Source: a bacterium
GTDB taxonomy: Bacteria; Zhuqueibacterota; QNDG01; JAGLOF01
Reading direction: 5' to 3'
Length of the DNA stretch: 64,000 bases
Assembly (NCBI GenBank): GCA_023139105.1
Contig: JAGLOF010000016.1
Location: forward strand, 959-64,958
The notes under the pieces are model-generated. The model saw only the letters and a list, made by a program, of their open reading frames with translations. It was not told where the DNA came from and did not search any database. Of the stretch, positions 47,563-56,041 are shown piece after piece. The number at the start of each line of letters is the position of its first letter. Position 1 is the first letter of the stretch. The translations under genes and the position numbers were made by a program.

Positions 47563-48261
47563 ATGGACAATAATCACCTCATTACGACTGAAAATCTGAC
47601 GAAGCGCTTTCCCATGGGACAGACAGAACTCACAGCCTTAAACAACATTAATCTGACCATCCGAAAGGGTGAGTTCATAGGTCTTGTAGGTCCGTCGGGA
47701 TCGGGCAAAACGACATTGCTGAATATACTCGGCACGCTGGATTCGCCCACTGAGGGCAGCGCTGTGGTCCTGGGAAATAATACCGCGGAGCTCTCTCACA
47801 AAAACTCAGCCAAATTAAGGAACCTGCAGATCGGATTTATCTTTCAGACTTTCAATCTACTGCCGGTCTATACAGTGTATGAAAATGTGGAATTCCCTTT
47901 ATTGCTTCAAAAACTCGGCAAATCTCAGCGACACGACATGGTCGTGGATGCCTTAAAATGGGTTGGCCTGGCAGATCGAGCCAAATCCAAACCAGCCCAA
48001 CTCTCCGGTGGTCAATGCCAGCGCGTAGCCATTGCCCGGGCCATTGTCAAGAAACCGGCTCTGGTTCTGGCCGATGAGCCCACAGCCAATTTGGACGCCA
48101 AGAATTCCCACCATATCCTTAAAACAATGGAAACGTTGAATAAAGAACTAGGCACTACATTCATCTTTGCCACACATGATGAAAAAGTCATCGGCTATCT
48201 CAAACGTCAGATCACTTTGGATGACGGGCAGATTGCCAATGACCAGGTACTCAAAGGTTAA
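47563..48261 (+). CDS. LolD/MacB-type ABC transporter ATPase
   Basis: LVGPSGSGKTTLLNILGTLDSPTEG; QLSGGQCQRVAIARAIVKKPALVLADEPTANLD. Confidence 0.95.
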   Translation: MDNNHLITTENLTKRFPMGQTELTALNNINLTIRKGEFIGLVGPSGSGKTTLLNILGTLDSPTEGSAVVLGNNTAELSHKNSAKLRNLQIGFIFQTFNLLPVYTVYENVEFPLLLQKLGKSQRHDMVVDALKWVGLADRAKSKPAQLSGGQCQRVAIARAIVKKPALVLADEPTANLDAKNSHHILKTMETLNKELGTTFIFATHDEKVIGYLKRQITLDDGQIANDQVLKG

Positions 48262-48279
48262 GGGGAAGGAGACAATAGC

Positions 48280-49452
48280 ATGTTGGCTTTCAAACTTGCA
48301 TTGCGCAATTTGTTCGGTGCCGGTCTTCGTACCTGGCTGACCGTTATAGTCCTGTCATTCTCCTATGTCATCATCATTTTTCAGCAGGGCATGCTGGACG
48401 GATGGAACAAGCAGGCACGACGGGATATGATGCACTGGGAACTTGGTGGCGGCCAATACTGGCATACCGCTTATGACCCTTATGATTTTTTCACGATTGA
48501 AGATGGCCGCGGCCCATTGGCTCCTGAACTTCAAAGCCGGGTCGATCAAGGGCAAGCCACCGATGTACTGATTTCCCAGGCCTCCATCTACCCCGATGGC
48601 CGGCTGATGAGCGTGCTGCTTAAAGGCATTGATCCTAATCAGACCATCCTGGATATGCCTACCGCACCGCTGGTCGAAAACATCACTGAAATCCCTGCCC
48701 TGATTGGGAGACGTATGGCTGAGGCCGCCAAACTGCGTAAAGGCGATGTGGTCACTGTTCGCTGGCGGGATGCCAACGGCACATTTGATGCCACTGAAAT
48801 CAAGATCGTCGAAGTGATGAAAACCAACGTGGGAAGCATAGATATGGGTCAGCTATGGTTGCCCAAATCCCGCCTTGAATCCATGTTGGGCGTTGAAAAT
48901 ATGACTACCTATCTGGTTTTAAAACGGGGCAGCAATGCAACGGATACAGTGAATGGATGGGTGTATCGTGATCACGCCTATCTCATGAAAGAACTCACCG
49001 AAATGATTAAAATGAAATCGGTGGGCGGCTCCATCATGTTTCTCGTTCTGCTGGCTCTGGCCTGGCTGGCCATCTTTGATACGCAGGTGCTTTCCATATT
49101 CCGGCGACGCAAAGAAATTGGTACAATGATCGCACTGGGAATGACAAGGCAGCGGGTGGTGCGCATCTTCACATTGGAAGGAGCCATGCACGGCATTCTG
49201 GCTGCGGCTGTGGCAGCACTCTACGGCGCGCCTCTCTTCATATGGATGGCCAGATCCGGATGGGCCATGCCCGAAATGACCGATGACATGGGAATGGCTA
49301 TTGCTGAACGCATCTACCCCAGCTACAGCCTGGGACTCATTGCCATGACCACGGCCATTGTGATGCTCTCGGTGATTGTTGTCAGTTTTATCCCGGCGCG
49401 CAACATCACCACGTTCAATCCCACCGACGCCATTAAAGGAAAAACATCATGA
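48280..49452 (+). CDS. FtsX-like/LolC-E-type ABC permease 1
   Basis: LAFKLALRNLFGAGLRTWLTVIVLSFSYVI; FRRRKEIGTMIALGMTRQRVVRIFTLEGAMHG. Confidence 0.9.
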   Translation: MLAFKLALRNLFGAGLRTWLTVIVLSFSYVIIIFQQGMLDGWNKQARRDMMHWELGGGQYWHTAYDPYDFFTIEDGRGPLAPELQSRVDQGQATDVLISQASIYPDGRLMSVLLKGIDPNQTILDMPTAPLVENITEIPALIGRRMAEAAKLRKGDVVTVRWRDANGTFDATEIKIVEVMKTNVGSIDMGQLWLPKSRLESMLGVENMTTYLVLKRGSNATDTVNGWVYRDHAYLMKELTEMIKMKSVGGSIMFLVLLALAWLAIFDTQVLSIFRRRKEIGTMIALGMTRQRVVRIFTLEGAMHGILAAAVAALYGAPLFIWMARSGWAMPEMTDDMGMAIAERIYPSYSLGLIAMTTAIVMLSVIVVSFIPARNITTFNPTDAIKGKTS

Positions 49453-50717
49453 TCCGCTTTTTACTCAAAGGACTGGTGCGGGACCGGCACCGCAGCCTGT
49501 TCCCCATATTGGTCGTTTCCATAGGTGTGATGCTGACGGTATTTGCCCATAGCTGGTTCAGCGGCATGATCAATGACATTATTGATTCCAATGCCAAGTT
49601 CGACACCGGGCACATCAAGATCATGAGTCGAAGCTATGCGGAGAATAAAGACCAGACGCCTAATGACCTGGCCCTGACCGGGATTAATGATCTGCTTCAG
49701 CAGTTGAGAGACGACATCCCGGAGATGGCCTGGACTCCCCGTATTAAATTCGGTGGCTTGATCGACATTCCCGATGAGGCAGGTGAAACCCGCTCTCAAT
49801 CACCAGCCATGGGTGTTGCTTTGGATTTTTACGGTCCCGGCGGTGAAGTCGAACGACTCAACATACAAAATGCCTTGGTCACAGGACGCCTCCCCCGGAA
49901 TCCCGGTGAGATTCTCATCAGTGACGAGCTGGCCCAGCGCCTGGAGACCAAGGTCGGCGATACGGCTACATTGATTGGGTCCACCATGTACGGTGCCATG
50001 GCTGTGCACAACTTCACAATCTCAGGAACGTTGAAATTCGGCATGAAGGCCATGGACCGCGGCGCCATGCTGGTCGATATTCATGACATACGACTGGCAT
50101 TGGATATGGATGATGCTGCCGGAGAGATTGTGGGCTATATGCACCCTATCTATAAAGATAACACCATACAGTCCATCAAGGCTGAATTCAATAGCCTTCA
50201 TACTGAGAACGATGACGAATTTGCACCCGTCATGCTCTCACTCCGTGATCAAAATGGATTGAACGACTATCTGGTGTATGCCGAGTCCATCTCCGGAATG
50301 CTAATCTTTGTTTTTGTCGGCATCATGTCTCTGGTGCTATGGAATACCGGCCTGATTGGTGGAATTCGGCGCTACGGTGAAATTGGTGTCCGCCTCGCCA
50401 TTGGTGAAAACAAAGGGGGCGTTTATCGCTCCATGGTGCTGGAATCTGCGGCCATCGGCTTTGCCGGTTCACTGATTGGCTCCATTCTTGGACTGGCCCT
50501 GGCCTATTGGATTCAGGTTAAAGGAATTAATTTGGGTGATATGATGGGCAACAGCTCACTACTGATCTCCAATATTGTCCGCACCCGCATCACCGAACAA
50601 ACCTACTATATTGGATTTATTCCCGGCCTGCTCTCCACGGTGCTGGGTTCCATGCTGGCCGGTATTGGAATCTATAAACGCCAGACCGCCCAGCTCTTTA
50701 AAGAATTAGAAGTTTGA
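49449..50717 (+). CDS. FtsX-like/LolC-E-type ABC permease 2
   Basis: LLKGLVRDRHRSLFPILVVSIGVMLTVF; IRRYGEIGVRLAIGENKGGVYRSMVLESAAIGFAGSLIG. Confidence 0.9.
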   Translation: MIRFLLKGLVRDRHRSLFPILVVSIGVMLTVFAHSWFSGMINDIIDSNAKFDTGHIKIMSRSYAENKDQTPNDLALTGINDLLQQLRDDIPEMAWTPRIKFGGLIDIPDEAGETRSQSPAMGVALDFYGPGGEVERLNIQNALVTGRLPRNPGEILISDELAQRLETKVGDTATLIGSTMYGAMAVHNFTISGTLKFGMKAMDRGAMLVDIHDIRLALDMDDAAGEIVGYMHPIYKDNTIQSIKAEFNSLHTENDDEFAPVMLSLRDQNGLNDYLVYAESISGMLIFVFVGIMSLVLWNTGLIGGIRRYGEIGVRLAIGENKGGVYRSMVLESAAIGFAGSLIGSILGLALAYWIQVKGINLGDMMGNSSLLISNIVRTRITEQTYYIGFIPGLLSTVLGSMLAGIGIYKRQTAQLFKELEV

Positions 50718-51463
50718 TGGAGGACGCCATGCGCGCACGTTTATTCATAATCTGTTTTCTCCTGGCTATGCCGATTGCCATACTGGCCCAGAACGGCAAT
50801 GAAATACTGAAACGGGTCGATGAGAACATGGGGGCCGAGTCCCGCATCCATGAATCGACCATGATCATACACGGAAGGCGGGGCACACGCACAGTCACAT
50901 CCAGGTCGTGGATTATCGGGATCGACAAATCCTTTACCGAATTCCTCTCACCGGCAAGGGAGCGCGGCACTAAGATGCTGAAGCTGGAGGATGAGCTTTG
51001 GACATACTCCCCCTCGACAGACCGTACGATTCGCATTGCCGGCCACATGCTGCGTCAGTCCGTCATGGGCTCAGACCTCTCCTACGAAGACGCCATGGAG
51101 GATCCGCATCTGCCTAATATCTACACAGCTGAAAAGGATGGTGAGGAGACCATACTCGAACGCAACTGCTGGATACTGAAGCTCACGGCTACAAAAAACG
51201 ACGTGGCCTATCACTCTCGCCGTCTCTGGGTGGACAAGACGCGTTATCTCGTACTGAAGGAAGAACGATTTGCAAAAAGCGGCAAACTGCTGAAAACAGC
51301 CGAAGTGAAAGCCGTCAAACGCATGGACAATCGCTGGGTGGCCACGCACATGGTGTTCAGAGACATGCTCAAGAAAGGCAAAGGAACCGAATTCAAACTC
51401 AACAAGGTAACATTCAATGCCAACATCCCTGCCCACCGCTTCTCCAAGGCTGCATTACGCTAA
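50714..51463 (+). CDS. LolA-fold outer membrane lipoprotein-sorting protein
   Basis: Signal peptide then EILKRVDENMGAESRIHESTMIIHGRRGTRTVTSRSWIIG...FLSPARERGTKMLKLEDELWTYSPSTDRTIRIAGHMLRQSVMGSDLSYED. Confidence 0.88.
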   Translation: MMEDAMRARLFIICFLLAMPIAILAQNGNEILKRVDENMGAESRIHESTMIIHGRRGTRTVTSRSWIIGIDKSFTEFLSPARERGTKMLKLEDELWTYSPSTDRTIRIAGHMLRQSVMGSDLSYEDAMEDPHLPNIYTAEKDGEETILERNCWILKLTATKNDVAYHSRRLWVDKTRYLVLKEERFAKSGKLLKTAEVKAVKRMDNRWVATHMVFRDMLKKGKGTEFKLNKVTFNANIPAHRFSKAALR

Positions 51464-51568
51464 ATAACTCTACAAGGGCATGCAGGAGTGACATAGAAAC
51501 CACAAAGTGATTTTGCCGGAGTAATCTATTCTGCGATAATCCGTATCATCTACGGGGCAGATCTCCAC

Positions 51569-51970
51569 AAAGAAGATTGCCACGGCACAAAACGCCTCGC
51601 AATGACACATACGGACTTAACGTTGTCTCTGCCAGGGAAGCATTTGTGCAGGCGTCCCATCAAGGCTCCACTAGCAGTCTGTCTGACTTAAGGCTATTAG
51701 GCATGTTTTTAGAGATTTTTTTCCTATTCAAGGCGCGATTGAGGCGCATAAAGAGCTTTATGTAACGAGTGAGCAACGCAGAATAGGGGAAAAAGATCAA
51801 AAACAGGACAATATTGGCGTAAGTCCGACAGGCTGCTGGCATTCATCAATATCTTTCAGGCAGGGCAGGGCGGCTTCGTGGTCTTTGTGATCTCTGTGCG
51901 AGTGCTCTTTTTTTTATTTTTTCCGCTCTTTTTCGTAGGCAAATGTTCCTGCTCTTCTTTCATTTTATAA
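51569..51970. repeat. Intergenic repeat B, right copy, interrupted by the palindromic MITE
   Basis: Same sequence as 45171-45425, split after ...tcaaggctcca by an insertion of about 170 bp and resuming at cattcatcaatatctttcagg. Confidence 0.9.
51671..51839. mobile_element. MITE-like palindromic insertion, about 169 bp
   Basis: Ends ctagcagtctgtctgacttaaggct... / ...ggcgtaagtccgacaggctgctgg are imperfect inverted repeats; inner ttttttcctattc/gaataggggaaaaa and cataaag-ag-ctttatg arms; empty site present in the 45171-45425 copy. Confidence 0.8.
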
Positions 51971-51995
51971 AAATTTGGGTGTCCCTGTGTCGAAA

Positions 51996-52115
51996 ACAGG
52001 GAAAAACTGTCATCCCTGCATGCTCCTGGCAGGGATCCATCATTTAAAGGCGCACATGTATTAACAGCAGCAGAATCTACATTTTTAATCCTCGCTATTG
52101 TAGACTCCTGACAAG
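51996..52115. repeat. Intergenic repeat A, right copy
   Basis: tgctcctggcagggatccatcatttaaaggcgcac...tttttaatcctcgctattgtagactcctgacaa. Confidence 0.75.
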
Positions 52116-52288
52116 GGCACTCAGGAGTGACATGCTTTTAAGGTTTATGTCATCCGTGTTCAATTTCTTTTCTATTAATCTCATTAATACATTAAATCCG
52201 GATTGCTTTTCAGGCTAAATTTTCGTAAAATGTAAGTTAATCTTCACGTCTTCAGAAAAAGGCACTTATCTGACGGAAAACTATTTTA

Positions 52289-52837
52289 ATGCCAAGATCA
52301 AGAAGTTGGACTCTCATCCCTTTATTTGCAGCTTTAACGGCTGTCGGCGGTTTCATTAGAATACCTGTACAACCGGCAGCATTTACCCTGCAGACACTCT
52401 TTGTCTATCTTGCAGGCTCCATGCTGCCTGCCAGATCAGCAGCAATGAGTCAAATATTATTTTTAGCCATAGGTCTGGCTGGTCTACCCATTTTTGCAGC
52501 GGGGGGCGGGCCCGGTTATATACTCCAGCCCACATTCGGATATTTACTGTCATTCCCCATTGCAGCATGGATAATTGCAAAATTCAGCGGACGCGTCCGG
52601 TACTGGCAATCCTGGATTACCGGTGTGATTCTGGCACTTGTATGCATTTTCAGCATAGGCGTATGTGGGATGTATTTCAACTTTGCACACATTGCCGGAA
52701 AACCGATACTCTTGAAACATGCCATCTGGAGCGGAGCCATTCTTTTTATTCCGGCTGAAATAGCTAAAATTACTCTGGCAGCAATAGTATTGAAACGCTG
52801 GCGGCTCTCAAATCCCGGAGAAGAGTTTAATGCCTAA
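52289..52837 (+). CDS. bioY: BioY-family biotin transporter S component
   Basis: IPVQPAAFTLQTLFVYLAGSMLPARSAAMSQILFLAIGLAGLPIFAAGGGPGYILQPTFGYLL. Confidence 0.93.
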   Translation: MPRSRSWTLIPLFAALTAVGGFIRIPVQPAAFTLQTLFVYLAGSMLPARSAAMSQILFLAIGLAGLPIFAAGGGPGYILQPTFGYLLSFPIAAWIIAKFSGRVRYWQSWITGVILALVCIFSIGVCGMYFNFAHIAGKPILLKHAIWSGAILFIPAEIAKITLAAIVLKRWRLSNPGEEFNA

Positions 52838-53966
52838 AAGAATTATTATCTCTGTTATTATTTTATTTCTGACACTTCCTCTGACAGCTCAGAATAAACT
52901 TTCCAGTATACGTAATGAAATAAAGGAGCTGGAACAACAGATTCTGGATCAATCCAGGCGTGAAAAATCTACTCTGGAGACCTTACAAGGCCTGGAGCGT
53001 GAACTTGGTCTCAGAAAAAGGCTTGCCAATGAACTTAAAATTGAACAACGCAGAATAATCAGGCATATAAAGACGACCAGGACTCAGTTGACAAAAACAG
53101 AACAAGCTTTTAATAATCGTAAAGGAGTGATTTCAGACAGAATAATATCACTCTACAAACGGGGACGACTCTCTAACTGGGAAGCTCTACTCTCTTTAAA
53201 TTCTCTACATCAGCTCAGTGTATGGATTAAATACCAACAACGCATTTTGGATCACGATAAAAGAAATCTTTTAATCTTAAAAAGTCAACGTGATTCCATA
53301 CAGACTCAGCAGCAACGCCTGCTTCGCGCACGCAACAGGCAGCAACGTCTCATCACAGAAGCAGCCACGGAATCTGATCGAATTGCAACAAAAAAAACAC
53401 AGCACCAAAATCTGCTCACCCGTGTGCAACAGGACTCAAAATCTCTACAAAACAGACTACGTCAAAAACTTGCTGCTTTTGAAGAAATCAAGCGGATGAT
53501 AGCCAGACAGCAACGTCAAAAAAGCCGGGGACGAGAAATTCCATCAACACAGTTTGCAAGTAAAAAAGGCAGGCTCTCATGGCCGGTCAAAGGCAGAATT
53601 GTTGCCCACTTCGGCATTAATAGAGACCCAATTACAAGAGGCGAGTACGATAACTTTGGAATAGATATCAAAGCCGGAGATAATGACCTGGTACGCTCAG
53701 TTACAGGGGGCGTTGTCAAGGTTGTTACATGGCAGCGCAGCATGGGCAACATTGTAATGGTAGATCACGGTGATAACTTCATCACTGTCTACGGTCACCT
53801 TGAACAGGTACTGGTCGACGAAGAGGATATACTTGAATCAAAAGATATTATAGGCCGTGTAGGTATAAGTTCAAGTCTCTCAGGATCCATACTCCATTTT
53901 CAGGTATGGAAAGGTGAGCAGGAATACAACCCGGAATCATGGCTAAAAAAATCGGGTGGATCATGA
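52830..53966 (+). CDS. Murein hydrolase activator EnvC-like / M23 peptidase family protein
   Basis: Signal peptide, long coiled coil, C-terminal GRLSWPVKGRIVAHFG...NFGIDIKAG...VVKVVTWQRSMGNIVMVDHGDNFITVYGHL. Confidence 0.9.
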   Translation: MPKRIIISVIILFLTLPLTAQNKLSSIRNEIKELEQQILDQSRREKSTLETLQGLERELGLRKRLANELKIEQRRIIRHIKTTRTQLTKTEQAFNNRKGVISDRIISLYKRGRLSNWEALLSLNSLHQLSVWIKYQQRILDHDKRNLLILKSQRDSIQTQQQRLLRARNRQQRLITEAATESDRIATKKTQHQNLLTRVQQDSKSLQNRLRQKLAAFEEIKRMIARQQRQKSRGREIPSTQFASKKGRLSWPVKGRIVAHFGINRDPITRGEYDNFGIDIKAGDNDLVRSVTGGVVKVVTWQRSMGNIVMVDHGDNFITVYGHLEQVLVDEEDILESKDIIGRVGISSSLSGSILHFQVWKGEQEYNPESWLKKSGGS

Positions 53967-55063
53967 CAAATAGAATCATCGGGCAGGAGCGCATTCAGTC
54001 TCTATTAACTTCTGCTCTGGATAAACACAGACTGGCGCATGCATATCTATTTCATGGACAGCCGGGTACAGGCAAAGATGCTGTGGCCTTAGGCCTGGCC
54101 ATGCAACTTATCTGTAAGCAGAAAATGCCTTGGGGATGCCGCCAGTGCACTACCTGTCGTCAAATATTAAATCTTGAACATCCTGCATATCAGTTCATAC
54201 AACCTGTGCCTTCCCAGCCAAAGGCAATGAAAGAAGAAAAGTATCTGGAAATCCTGCGGGAGCGGGCACTGGAAAGAATAGCCAATCCATATTGGCCGGT
54301 AGACTACCATCCTGAACTTACAACCTTGCCTGTTATCAGTATCAATCAGGTTCGTGCAATAAAACAGTCTGTCATGCTCAAGCTCGGAGGATCGGCTTAC
54401 AGAATTTTTCATATCTCTCAAATTGATAAAATGACAGCACCGGCTTCAAACAGCCTTTTAAAAATTTTGGAAGAACCGCCGCCACGCACCTTACTCATTC
54501 TGACCACCTCTTTCCCGGGTCGGATACTTGCAACTATTCATTCTCGTTGCCAGAACCTTCACTTTCAAGGTATGGCCTCGGAAACTCTTCAATCTGCACT
54601 GGAGGATGATTGGAAAATTGAGACACAGCATGCTCAATTTCTATCAAAAATGGCTGGTGGAAGCCTGCAACGCGGACTTCAAATGGCTGACAAAGAGTTT
54701 GACACTCACAGACAAACGGCTATAGCTTTTCTGGAAGCAAGTTTTGATGATAATTACATACCTTTGCTGGACTGGGTTGATACAAATGCCATTAATAACA
54801 GCAAGGCAGATACTCTGGAAATGCTGGCATTATTGCAAGCACTGATCCGTGATTTAATGCAGATACAACTTGGCTTTGAGGATAGAGTAATAAACACTCA
54901 CACATTACCTGTCTTGCGGCAATTCATGGCAAAACACAATTCTTTCAAGGCCGACATAGGTATTGCCGTCATATCTCAAGCTATTGATTATATTGAAAAA
55001 AATGCTTACCTTCCCATGGCACTTTTTTCACTTTCAAGAAGGCTACGCGAGGCAGGCAAATAA
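53963..55063 (+). CDS. holB: DNA polymerase III subunit delta'
   Basis: IIGQERIQSLLTSALDKHRLAHAYLFHGQPGTGKDAVAL; four-Cys module CKQKMPWGCRQCTTCRQ; LLKILEEPPPRTLLILTT. Confidence 0.92.
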   Translation: MTNRIIGQERIQSLLTSALDKHRLAHAYLFHGQPGTGKDAVALGLAMQLICKQKMPWGCRQCTTCRQILNLEHPAYQFIQPVPSQPKAMKEEKYLEILRERALERIANPYWPVDYHPELTTLPVISINQVRAIKQSVMLKLGGSAYRIFHISQIDKMTAPASNSLLKILEEPPPRTLLILTTSFPGRILATIHSRCQNLHFQGMASETLQSALEDDWKIETQHAQFLSKMAGGSLQRGLQMADKEFDTHRQTAIAFLEASFDDNYIPLLDWVDTNAINNSKADTLEMLALLQALIRDLMQIQLGFEDRVINTHTLPVLRQFMAKHNSFKADIGIAVISQAIDYIEKNAYLPMALFSLSRRLREAGK

Positions 55064-55126
55064 TTAAACATTAATGCCGTAAATATTGCAATGTACATAC
55101 ATCGATAACTTAGGATAGATAAGCCA

Positions 55127-56041
55127 ATGGCAAAAATTTTAGAGATAGAATTTAAAGGTGGGCGCAAAGCATTTTACGCCAATCCCCATGAATTCCCATT
55201 CCGCGTCAGTGACAGAGTAATTGTTGAAGTTGAAAAAGGCGAAGGAATGGGCACAGTCATCAACCTGGGAAGTCTTGTTGATAAACGAGCAGGAGATCAA
55301 ACACTACCGCAAATTCTCAGAAAACCTGAAAAATCAGATTTTGATTATCAGCTTGAAAATGATGATTTGGAAAAAGAAGCTTTTACTGACTGCAAGGAGA
55401 GAATTGAAGGTCACACACTTGACATGAAGCTTGTTGACGTTGAGTATCAGTTTGACCGGAAAAAAATAACCTTCTACTTCACTTCGGAAAATCGTGTTGA
55501 TTTCCGCGCACTGGTTCGTGATCTTGCCAGCCGCTATCGCACAAGAATTGAACTTCGCCAGATTGGAGTCAGAGACGAAGCCAAACGAATCGGCGGAATG
55601 GGCGTATGTGGAAGGAAACTATGCTGTTCCAGCTTCCTTCGTGAATTTGAACCTGTAATCACACAGTTGGCAAAAGACCAGAACCTGGCATTGAATCCCA
55701 CTAAATTGTCCGGTTGCTGTGGGCGTCTCATGTGCTGCCTTCGTTATGAAGCTGATATGTATATCGAATCTCAAAACCGTTTTCCATCGATTGGCACTAA
55801 AATAAAGACTGATAAAGGCCTGGGAGATCTTATAAAATTTGATATTTTCAAAGACGTATGTACTCTGCGTTATGAGAACGGCGAGACACAGGTCTTAACA
55901 TTAGAGGAAACAGAATCTTTCATAAAAGCGGCTAAAGAGAGAGAAAAAAACAGTCATCGTAAAAGCGGTAAAAATAGATTTAACAGAAGAAATAAACCAA
56001 AAAACCGGAAGCCCAGGGATACCAAGCCTAATGAAAACTAA
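55127..56041 (+). CDS. ricT: PSP1-domain protein RicT/YaaT-like
   Basis: GIGTVINL-type N-terminus and [67 protein letters not shown]-type motif. Confidence 0.93.
   Translation: [304 protein letters not shown]

Noticed and set aside
45690-51463. Interpretation of the ABC/FtsX genes as a simple macrolide (MacAB) efflux system
   Set aside because: No MacA membrane-fusion protein is present and there are two separate permeases plus a LolA-fold protein, which fits a Lol-like arrangement better.
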